From: a virus
Taxonomy: Duplodnaviria; Caudoviricetes
IMG/VR virus record: IMGVR_UViG_3300031867_000020
Coordinates: 32,001-96,000 of that record
Direction: 5' to 3' (one strand)
Length of the DNA stretch: 64,000 nucleotides
Positions 20,401 through 25,609 of the stretch are shown here, piece after piece. The position numbers and the translations under genes were made by a program. The first letter of the stretch is position 1. Each line of letters begins with the position of its first letter. Below the pieces are notes generated by a model. The model saw nothing but the letters and a program-made list of their open reading frames with translations, did no database searches and had not been told where the DNA came from.

Positions 20401-23400
20401 GGCATGTCTGATCTTATGGGCGCTATAGATAGCAAAAACTTTGATAAAGTGGGCGAGGCTATAGGTAAGATTAATGATCAAGTAAGCGACCGGAAAGCAG
20501 CCGAAATAACGAAATACGGAAATGCTTCGGATAAAGCACTTAAAAAGATCGGTGGATATTATAACAAGATGAACAGTCTTTCATACAAGAATGAAAAGCT
20601 CAATGGCATTATTGGTAAAGCCAGCGCTGGAAAAGGCGGAGCTTCTCTTTCTTCGAAAGAACTTGAAGTCCTAAGCGAAGCTACAAACATGTCTACCGAT
20701 GCTCTTAAAGCTACTGGAGCAAATGCGATAAAGTCTTTGGCTGAAGGCGCAAAAGATGCAATTGATACAGAGTGGGGACAAGAAATTGCTGAACCTCTCA
20801 TTAATAGCATTAATGAGGGTATACAACACCTGAATTTGAATGATAATGAAAAATTACAGCTTACGAGGGCTATTGATTTGTCTGTTGATGCAAATACAGG
20901 ACAGGTAGATATTTCCGCTTTGGCTGATGCCGTTGCTACTTTTGATAGCAGTCTCGCAGAAACACTCCGTGCCTACGATGGACACGGAGGAACGCTTATG
21001 GCTGAGTGGAAAGAAGGCCAGAGTTCTCTTGGATATATTTTAAAATACCTCGGATCCGGAACGGGCACTACCGGCGGTAAAGGCGGCGGAGGAGGCGGAG
21101 GTGGCGGAGGCAAGTCCGAAGTCGACAAACTTCTCGAAAAGCAAAAGCATGCCGTCACCGAGGCCGAGCATAACGTCAAGATGACCCAGATCGAGGGCGA
21201 GCATTATCAGAAAACTGGTGACTACGCCGCTTATCTGAAGATGCTCGATCAAGAAATCGCCGCGCAGGAAAAGCTTGGGCAGGTATATCAAAAGAATATT
21301 AAAGAAATGAAAGCGCAGAGAGATCAGGTTGCGTATGGTTCGGATGACTGGTATAAGCTGACGGAGTCCATCTTCTCTACAGAAGAAGCTTTGGCTCAAC
21401 TGAAACTTACAATTAACGAGATCAATGGCAAGAGAATTGACGCGCTGATCAACAGACAGGAAGTAAGCCTCAGTCCGTATCAGCACGCAGGAAAATTGAT
21501 GTCCACAGCAGCCAACAAGGCGTTGACACTTAAAAACTATTCTGATTATTATTATCTTGGAAAAAGACAAAATACCAACGATCAGATGACGATCAATGCA
21601 AATAATAAGTCTATCGATCAACTGAAAGAAGAACTTAAAAAGGAAAAGTATATGAGTGAAAACTGGATTAAGGTTCGTCAGCAGATCTGGTCTCTTCAAG
21701 AAGAGAATGCTGAGCTTGAGCTTAGCATTGTTGAACGAACCAATGAGATGAACCATCAGAGAGTTGCTCAGATCGCAGAAGAACTTGAGCGGAATAGGCT
21801 CGCTGATCCTACGCATGGAATGAATATGGAAAATGCTGCGGCTCAGTATTATCAGAGGAACAGGCTTTATGATGAGTATCGTGGATCGTTGACCACATCA
21901 AACACCTTTGCTCAGTCTCAGGTTTCGGAATACAGAAAGGCAATTGCTGCGCTGAAGGTTCGCATGAACGGCTTTGAGCCGGATTCCGATGCCTGGTATG
22001 AAGCCAGAGATATGGTTTACAAGTACGAGGAAGCCATTGCTTCGCTTACTAATACTATTGATGAAAACAAACATGCGATTCAGGAGTCGTATATCACCGA
22101 ACTGGATGAAGAATTCCAGAGAGGAGACAGCATTTACAGTCTTGAAAAGAGCATGCTTCAGGCAATGGAAACCAAGTATGATAAGGATAATGACTTTGTG
22201 AATTATCTGAATATTATTGGAATCGAAGCAAATCAGGCAAAGGATCGAATGAATGAACTTAGCGATCAGCTTGTTCAATGGGAAGATCTTCTTGCAAGCG
22301 GCCTGATTGATGAAGGATCTGCTGAATGGGATGAGCTTATTCAGAAGATCATGAGCGTTAGGGAAGAAATGATTAATGTTGGCGTTGAATATGATGACTT
22401 TGTCCGGAAACTTCAACAAAGTCGGTTTGCGCATGATAAGGAAGTGTTCGGACGTGAGGACGAATACAACCAGCATCGAATCAAACTGATTCAGTATGAG
22501 GAGTCCAGGTATCAGAACCTTGGTGAACTGACCAACTATGGCACTATGCTTGAATATGATAACGTTGAACAGCAAAGACGCGCTGAATCCATCGCAAAGT
22601 ATATCGAAGTTCTGAAGCAAGATCTTGCTGAGACGGAAGAAGGCACTGATGTCTATCATGAGATCACATCTGAAATCATGAAGATGGAAGAGAACCTTGC
22701 GACCGTAAACAACACAATCGAAAAGAATAACAAACTGCTTGAGCAGAACAGGCTGAACATCCTGAAAGTGCATAAAGCGCTGGACGATGTGATCAACACA
22801 GAGATCAAGCGCAGAGTACAAGAACAGCGAGACATGCTCAATGCTGAAGTAACGCTTCAGGATTCCATTGTGGATCAGATCAGAAAGCGGTATCAGGACG
22901 AATGGGCGCTTGTAAAGAAAGATATCGAAGAGAAGAAGAAGGCTCTGAGTGAAGAGAAGAATCTTCTCAACGAACGTCTCAATGCCAGAAAGAATGCTGT
23001 TGATCAGGAGTCCAAGTATGAGAAGCTGGCTGAGCTTCAGAAACAGCTTGCGCTGATTGAAACAGATCCGACAAAAACCAAAGAAGCCAAGTTGATCGGA
23101 AAGCAAATTAAGGATCTTCGACAGGAGATCTCGTTGAGTATCGCGGATCAGGAAGTGCTTGCGGAATCCGAACGTATTGATCAGCAAACGCAGGCTCTGA
23201 CAGATTATGCGACAGATTATGAAACCAAACTCAATGAAGCTCTTGCGGATGCTAATAACAAACTGATCGCTGATGAGCTTGATCAGGTGATGAGCGGTAA
23301 TTTTGAAAGCTATATTGAATGGATGAAGACTTACAACAAAGCTTATCAGAATGCCACAGAGGAAGCAAGAAAACAGATGGAGCTTGGATGGAGAGACACC

Positions 23401-24426
23401 TGGAACAAGATGATCGCTTATATCGATACTTATTGGGACGAGGTCGAGGCTATTCATAATATGACCGAAGACGAGTATGTGAACTGGCTGAAACAGGGAA
23501 CCAATTATAAGTTTGCTTCTGATACAGAAAAGCAGATCATGGAGTACGAGTGGCGCGAACGGTATCAGAATGAGATCGCCGCGCACAGAACAGGTGCGAG
23601 CTTCGAAGATTATCACAGCATCACAGAAAAGCTGAATGAACTTCAGGACTATACATACAGTGTAGACTTCTCTGAAGCAACAATGAGCTTTATTAATGGC
23701 CTGTTTGATTACACACTGTTTAATCATCCGCATGGATCCTATTGGGATACCGGCGTAAGTGACGAAGTGTTAGGTGCGGATTACTATGGGAGAATGAGCG
23801 ACCTGCATAAGACAGAAACAAAACCGACAAACACTGGCGGCAGTAGTTCTACAACTCCTACTTCCGGTGGCGGTTCTGGTTCGAGCAGCAGCACTTCTGT
23901 TCAGCGGTATACAATAGCGCTTGAAAACGGAAGATATGTTGTAAAACTCTATGAAGGCGGTCAATATACAAGCTATACGGACGCTAAGAATCAAGCTGAT
24001 CTTTTGAACAGAATGCTGAATCAAAGCGGAACCCCTGCTGCAGACAGTGGGATCACAACTCCTTATTCTGGCTTCACCATAGGTGAACCTCAGAAGTTTG
24101 CCTCGGGTGGCCTTGTTGATTACACAGGTCCTGCGTGGGTGGACGGTACTCCTACACGTCCCGAAGCGTTCCTGGATCCTGAAGACACAGAGTTGATCAG
24201 AGCAATGGTTGATTCGTTAAGCTATGTCCATCTGAAGACGCCGACGATTATGCCTGATACATCTGATTATGGAAACAACAATACGATCGGAGATATCAAT
24301 ATTACAATTAATCAGGCTGAACTTAGCAGCGATGCTGATATTGATCAGCTTGCGCGTAGGGTTGGCAGTGCTTTCACAAGAGAGCTTTCTCATCAGGGTC
24401 TTAACCTTGCGAACTACAGTTTTTAA
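5500..24426 (+). CDS. giant tape measure protein (6308 aa) with N-terminal RNA polymerase-like and PD-(D/E)xK nuclease-like domains
   Basis: Start revised to MPDEEIV (AAGGAGGAG RBS). Lies between chaperones and Dit. TP901-type TMP core at ~13380-14400; C-terminal FASGG..GPAWVDG..PEAFL TMP motif; DFDGD at 9058-9072; IDYKSG near 10965. Confidence 0.85.
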   Translation: MPDEEIVASIKVRLEQEGIDKAVTQIDELKKSAQSYQDTLNGTDDQRPAYLNYATDTFASLSKTMTEFASLIKQTGVDISSSMLRPFEAAKSIMTDMQKAMGGKKFNASSFFENEKTFSNILHLSEFSSVLGRINGLLSTGKSFESKFGWSASQFNQVMPLLMNRTIQNKVNEIKTNMRDAGDLDVNDYVSQLMNSKAITDVLKNQTISQANSRGMTKSQMRENLRLALMLNSSTARERFGRVALARAPIENGTPIISSPLTIPAQFRSAYLGRGYASEEESKAFLSSLTREKANQSVNHNVYRRLREYVNNDEDGVVLNQALRDAGIMRIVNGESHWAKRLTVQQASLFAGLAARELYDAKRGYTFYDADPNDPGNNYRVDRRLNRRVRGASSILSILSGDENIRPELSLRNSDGKWKYEDAVVDANTDYLKGHRRDQIRRISNTPAITQFVAPNTYADEKGNLVFRDPKWQKKTRFAEGEYIEPDHMIGMTDNSIYELLSHIKWKSPTTNRTFKAEGPGTFGWGRYENNVLDSNGNVKFKRGEAIYDTPPIISVDAMDYFTEDKNGKTIINPDKEKAFRQLLSGSRNYGGRSYSYLNQSEGQIYMIEDSAKKAIQEWTESQGIPDFFEGGNPFGLSSLAKDPKDLIKQINSMRKSTSSASTYESLYGKLPEMSTRVANLTAFFNALRKSGFSAYGNINDKEEKAGTVPDGVALGNSEFFRNGPMQMRSALGYGKYVLNPYNFKEMFGSVFSNIDQSKVTDNSYNNNWLISKGSQKDQFDYWLPGINATVEDVMTLMSGTNSGLSEDELRKLREARFFKATEENLGMVMTDKTSKQNDQFKHLTLSQYAQFKGYGKDNAARKRALDELSKRDFVTVDDKGKKVAHSAYDAATGLVELTPEEQGLLHDKMTPDLMVMRNEYDFANEKGIMSQQMAAALGISVEDISKSDAEFERRIYELQTSRGRMKALQASPAYAERIKEKGFVYSNEAEKYIQSQIRQLKRAQLEGYIALPEGTRKVTKLAAATPGAFLQPFMEAAGINVNNISDEALRSLLPFMLDKNEQIITSPEDLENADRAVVSRDPAAVAEMIFATNAFGFLSGISDKGLESIISNSPDAIKRLRSKQAGYSEGSEEWDRYQQKITKAVTLQKQAAAYQKFKSLTGVTSEQLRGASWLTTQQMYEQNTGDFDGDVINMYTGLSDKTVKRAEEYKAKVDAAGIKFEEETGKFMKATGEELVVNDQIDAEMQAMLLTIRSTQAMGAASKLLREAGALDDNDPRKWSLLYEGKKAYDFASSDMRKKAGLFNFTNDAESLMKKQNLHQRFIKSLNAFSDVDLSALSTEDRETITSNTISALFKSGLPSITDAQGFIARSMTLDKFAHGEVEMSFLQSDVDRLLNEQYGMSDTPEANAAKHWSNLIIKNLSGQLISERDIEKANEIQQAWDISINQRGNEVSDRERTEYGRFTRNTKTLRDNAPTRENIENRLAQLKVRRASNSGYIEKGIDDEISVLENALMEDEAIEGIMKGINIADWKETEEYKQQQKERLEAQTKLIEEQLGKGKISQPWEKIKNKNMNWSSFQNWIKGDQEYRVMSFDENGSSVAPVNISFDNAKYRENTALQEMLGKSEQTAAMGIGTLMHQAFEDYFNARMDGTLNGRTIDDMFENLIGNGDTKFVKDIPGISIIPGKTKEGKTVYNVSSPYHNDDNVGKLNNILPVPKNEVSGLRKSLAALEAAGFDLDNPDNIEGDILTYNKGTKKWEATGTRYDKFDLKVRDFNADGSVKKDDKGNDVYRTVQTYARPDLMLHHKGGKFQGHEYDEGYYVIDYKSGFEGAKHSLKQSAFYAALYNRAAEGYYNAIDKQNAGEELTAEEAIALEEGRKYARYGEMATDSSGHRYYRSKIKGAIGLNPNGSSVLFDAHTSSDFATQWNSALSEAQQAIEGKSLEAILAGTGMSDNAYDKALASMIRAERAHTETQKTTQRFDEDYNAGMRMDENKMNYFLARYTKDLDEMNRIGSLIRKESDEPPTKYNRFALYRDQLSSVLPDEVYQAAINRYEPGSPEALQIQSEMERKRRYLSQIEALNFDAAVGDWTKLSDRVESTIGGAKVSSTSSSLQSINNSFLDAQQTRKGLFERTVAVDKKDENGKIIGSEAKSIIKGPLSDYMTNEQKADLFDIENENEEIRKDAKESRDQFLASIEAEKKTAETIKKHLPTLFNADKTQDAQEWANITGEIQDPSTVLEQSFEAKKAEITKRILSWNKSVAEMQKDIDDNNATPALVPFYKELINEYSNRAQREQSYLDSKGYKEKIVNDEMQRLGLSGAENAQDRAAKWADERQAAIDKALEVNSEEFARISRETRNPSNENEREARFAKLREINERAQGLYRQRAQNREQRTAFEQTWQEEQDDRLTNFDNMINRKRLSDEDRIETNVKQARRQALYNSIDPKKTKQEREEWYKRYKDEDYWKSYRGNLQQETNNDNQLRDLRRINSEEQNLADIQMREKQTQWARDDFYRNLQNRNGLGYTMFGRNYLTYQNRRIQLERDNTRRTSQNESIDRQVKDLDQQIKNAKAQGKTEDAKDLETKKANLLANKQSNLDEIKRTQQELNGLSGAGNAVNATFDTIGQTITRFTQRIGRQMFQKALQETKRFIKEFDSSMNEIQAITLKGDQAMASVRSNTINKALNLRTSVSNVASTEAALYRQGLSDSEVSQRTDAIVKFATVAKLKTTEATKIITTALQNNLVTSAEQAMDALVALGDSAATTAAEIGKGMQKAAASAKVAGVSYAELTSLLTFGTSDTQLSGSQVGTALQTVFTRMRRLTADNWVADQNGEKTTANDAEKALNTIGVSLWSDKANGQMRGAYDILIDIAKVWNSISDAQKSIVTSALAGTRQTNIFSTLMEGLGEDGGKRAEEYLGLAESSQGITQTKYEIAMESLNASLETVKSSWDAIVESFTNSGTITGVLDGVSGFMQMIANLASTGPGQFTTVFAAIAGGIAAVAAASALLTTSNPVLKTLSTLLTVVAGVGTFGILTSIAGLFAGEDINTQKEKSLTKMHEEAVKREGKRAERTKAISDVEELGAAYDELAEAENSAALSTASNNLKSALLNLADVFPNLTAQIMDSTSSLKDWRDIVDKAKKENEDITAGEMDVIIAKSREHNDKFDDYMGNIEDPSSIESDSVRALYTILHAANASGLVSNKDVEDGISAYELYTLGNKTMNGYFKDYTDKVGGINFTDDFSSDNEAYIDKPQTDFLKELIESDNPHINRSLRKYYDENKKAFGWVDNNGEEIYTYDDFISALKGNETDNVYHMANAAGTARGWISEDATSHYGSNFLAGMSLNPMRAEVIQSIFDGFDNNRTISVAKGVLKGGVIDQAKEYLDAFETNGLMTLLSEATGGEYSADFIKEVMERQIYDILFDENGEMKKGVTIENVNTGLNNFLDGYMTAKDKRKYLQEYIDQYASPDMYEYFLPDENGGIEYKGYTTIEAATKAAKEKGIGTENIMVSDGKGWYRAYYSTPEEVMTARVMAGKSGGIGYNEKRDFLKDMNKFDNIGALKKEYSGDKSETFGSLLSGDVSTAAYYMAENGLISYNKFKDIYGRNVNGQNTDFDLIEPFLNENGTIKNIDLLRTDEFKGARQAFENVFGSTTFAEMLDKTDEITRAEFDKIKEKGLWTGDFESLMTDYMPEKDDTVSVATRFLQKELRELIANAVGAYEFDEDLARTVKQAQASKEIERKFQFDENYDTIKNYGLAFGYGTETQKNASRAQVRSTTTNLGNFNAAVDRYTNGKARDEDYRVIAGVTGMSESYLRNNANSKTTKNVVGARRDLDIQSQIDLYGKVREASGIKENSKQDKELLNLFGLERDKDGIIRFVAQEDVVSNNVTRQNQINNYDRASLRDAFGYAITDEGKIYGSDKLVQRALAGNEEAYGRLTQDELYQAYANAGIEGNDFRNMIGRRAKGVTGTYAQNWSPVMAKLMGSSNVDEWDWKKIRENYQNGTSETKAAYEALFGATTNGQQALDYLTGASNNMPSASFAAGVKTQMSGVEGVNYSEQFTSSDISRLSGRLLTDGRSWNDLKAANLFSDEEWAAIEQGNADLVSYLKLEDKTTPYAKRLRESAQLKMLEGKRYDSSSDAAAYARALFNYQNKPALAAQTAYDNRKNYSDISEFIKAQESLNGWTDLVATQEYQDWYKEYVEGGKSYDEAIEAFSDLTMYNRGANYKTSAETADIVERALQSTDRRNNTAEYKAIQSVLGNKAAADWLNGEDLTNNATYQNMINNYRYGLSGYTGAQIRQGQRNIARMTQEQLGKRLLSEEYRTEASQYMSGFSEWNEYAALLQAKASGEKYDEAELDRLQTKFDRFNEQAQIQFEVDGISDLEQAGEVVSGLSDTISKIKQGGNIAIKASVEFENNEHQTLQYGAMLDSASRSDQYTAVKALTGWSDARIQSDWAGAMSAARAIHGVNVSQYGNSDEEIVAELNRRYAKNPEDALELANLLGFELTTDNEGNISHLSFKRIGNGSIDRENRFHETTRQYTAQEINDARRRMLNGENLSQEDNDLYNAASDNAGKYLTAYLKMMNNPSAYTDQEIAEARRRAEQELNLEGKDARRKPLEDYALYEENEAKVKMATDIYDAYSNVDQTKRRSMMSTISGEFEGIQNAQWALNQGATTSTSRNYIASVLGLSEKDVQKAMRTDEGKKQLQEDLQSKSKDLFKSVLDGYGKAFKIEFDTSDTGVENAVSQILENASTLGTEVTNYLLHLAGLMTSDGLLGENDDYDFVTAMMNASDNYAETKTSERGYLWLSEHPEEARELLSNPTILPEGYTYVEGKGIYDSTGLLGYDTNSDLYQRYQAQRQISQSSGVNWTKFTEQEPIITAAILNHGEGGVGDELYDAIMTAGVTGVKGSDYYGAIGSNYLGRFAGINGGITGINSMEDAEEFMGLVQKWQTDETGNGAIFDEWYNSVEGMSDLMGAIDSKNFDKVGEAIGKINDQVSDRKAAEITKYGNASDKALKKIGGYYNKMNSLSYKNEKLNGIIGKASAGKGGASLSSKELEVLSEATNMSTDALKATGANAIKSLAEGAKDAIDTEWGQEIAEPLINSINEGIQHLNLNDNEKLQLTRAIDLSVDANTGQVDISALADAVATFDSSLAETLRAYDGHGGTLMAEWKEGQSSLGYILKYLGSGTGTTGGKGGGGGGGGGGKSEVDKLLEKQKHAVTEAEHNVKMTQIEGEHYQKTGDYAAYLKMLDQEIAAQEKLGQVYQKNIKEMKAQRDQVAYGSDDWYKLTESIFSTEEALAQLKLTINEINGKRIDALINRQEVSLSPYQHAGKLMSTAANKALTLKNYSDYYYLGKRQNTNDQMTINANNKSIDQLKEELKKEKYMSENWIKVRQQIWSLQEENAELELSIVERTNEMNHQRVAQIAEELERNRLADPTHGMNMENAAAQYYQRNRLYDEYRGSLTTSNTFAQSQVSEYRKAIAALKVRMNGFEPDSDAWYEARDMVYKYEEAIASLTNTIDENKHAIQESYITELDEEFQRGDSIYSLEKSMLQAMETKYDKDNDFVNYLNIIGIEANQAKDRMNELSDQLVQWEDLLASGLIDEGSAEWDELIQKIMSVREEMINVGVEYDDFVRKLQQSRFAHDKEVFGREDEYNQHRIKLIQYEESRYQNLGELTNYGTMLEYDNVEQQRRAESIAKYIEVLKQDLAETEEGTDVYHEITSEIMKMEENLATVNNTIEKNNKLLEQNRLNILKVHKALDDVINTEIKRRVQEQRDMLNAEVTLQDSIVDQIRKRYQDEWALVKKDIEEKKKALSEEKNLLNERLNARKNAVDQESKYEKLAELQKQLALIETDPTKTKEAKLIGKQIKDLRQEISLSIADQEVLAESERIDQQTQALTDYATDYETKLNEALADANNKLIADELDQVMSGNFESYIEWMKTYNKAYQNATEEARKQMELGWRDTWNKMIAYIDTYWDEVEAIHNMTEDEYVNWLKQGTNYKFASDTEKQIMEYEWRERYQNEIAAHRTGASFEDYHSITEKLNELQDYTYSVDFSEATMSFINGLFDYTLFNHPHGSYWDTGVSDEVLGADYYGRMSDLHKTETKPTNTGGSSSTTPTSGGGSGSSSSTSVQRYTIALENGRYVVKLYEGGQYTSYTDAKNQADLLNRMLNQSGTPAADSGITTPYSGFTIGEPQKFASGGLVDYTGPAWVDGTPTRPEAFLDPEDTELIRAMVDSLSYVHLKTPTIMPDTSDYGNNNTIGDINITINQAELSSDADIDQLARRVGSAFTRELSHQGLNLANYSF

Positions 24427-24433
24427 CCTAATC

Positions 24434-24470
24434 GAAGGAGAGAGGCTATTGCGCCTCTCTCCTTCTCTTA
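24434..24470 (+). terminator. strong hairpin after the TMP gene (terminator or mRNA processing/stability element)
   Basis: GAAGGAGAGAGGC-tattgc-GCCTCTCTCCTTC 13-bp stem with only a weak U tail. Confidence 0.55.
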
Positions 24471-24490
24471 AAGAAAAGAGGTGAAAGGAA

Positions 24491-25597
24491 ATGGTTGGAG
24501 AGTTTACATTCAACGGAATAGACATAGCCGCACTTGGGCTGCATTATGTTCCTGAGCTTGAAGATACTTTTGTTTATAAGCCGGCAAAAACAAATATCTA
24601 CGATGAGACCTTTGATGGTCACAACGGAGGATATTTCTATGGCGCAGCCAGAGAACCAAAAGAGTTTATTCTCAGGTGCTATTATGAGCACAAGCATATC
24701 AATCGCGGTATTATGTCCAAGGTCTATCAAACATTTAAAATCGGAACGTCTGGTAAGCTCATTTTTCAAAAGCGTCCATGGTGTTATTACTACGCTACTG
24801 TGACTGATATTGATTCCACGGAATCTTTTAACTATGAGAACGGTCTGATTAAAATTACGATGAAGGCATACTATCCTTTTGCCCGATCTGAGATGTTTTA
24901 TATCGATCCCAATGATGAGGATTATAAAGTCATAGAAAGGAACAGTGCGTTCCTGCCAGCAGTAGTGGAAAATCCGAGCCAAATTGTGGCCTGTCCCATC
25001 GAGAATGAATGTCAGGTTATTCTTCTCAATCAAGGCACAGAAAGGGCTCAAATTCGCCTGGAAATCGCAGGTGATGTTGGAACCGGTGTTACGATCCGAA
25101 ACGAAACAAATGGAACAGAGTGCAAGTATGTAGCAATGGGCGCACAGAAATTCAACGGGAACAGCTATGTTTACACAGATGGTATTAGTGGAAAGACCAT
25201 TTCTGTGATCGAAGGGAAGAAGGCTTTGGCTTTCCTGTACCACGATCATGGCTTCATTGAACTCGATCCGGCCTATCCTTGTAAACGGGATGTCCAGATC
25301 GTTGGAGATGAAGAAGGTATTTACACTGAAGATCTCTATGATAAGTTTCTTGGAGAAGCTTCAGCAGATCAATATATTGGGCATTATGTTTATATTGATA
25401 ATATGTGGCGTGAAATCGTTGAAGCGACTACGGATATCACCGGAACACCTCTGACAACGCTGATCATCGATCCTCCGGTTGATACTACCGTGGAAGAAAC
25501 GACATACGTTGTGAAAATGAACAAGATCTCTATTATACCGGAAACAACGATGAATTTAAAAAGGCTCAACTTCATTTCTCAACCAACATTTGCATAA
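24491..25597 (+). CDS. distal tail protein (Dit)
   Basis: N-terminal 'FTFNGIDIAALGL' and 'ITMKAYYPFA' Dit-type motifs; immediately after the TMP. Confidence 0.8.
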   Translation: MVGEFTFNGIDIAALGLHYVPELEDTFVYKPAKTNIYDETFDGHNGGYFYGAAREPKEFILRCYYEHKHINRGIMSKVYQTFKIGTSGKLIFQKRPWCYYYATVTDIDSTESFNYENGLIKITMKAYYPFARSEMFYIDPNDEDYKVIERNSAFLPAVVENPSQIVACPIENECQVILLNQGTERAQIRLEIAGDVGTGVTIRNETNGTECKYVAMGAQKFNGNSYVYTDGISGKTISVIEGKKALAFLYHDHGFIELDPAYPCKRDVQIVGDEEGIYTEDLYDKFLGEASADQYIGHYVYIDNMWREIVEATTDITGTPLTTLIIDPPVDTTVEETTYVVKMNKISIIPETTMNLKRLNFISQPTFA

Positions 25598-25609
25598 GGA
25601 GGGGTAAAG

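Noticed and set aside
21898-23733. 611-aa antisense ORF (also 21040-21816, 24446-25249, 37158-38024 and many shorter ones)
   Set aside because: Shadow frames of real + strand genes: no RBS, no motifs, and composition mirrors the sense codon bias
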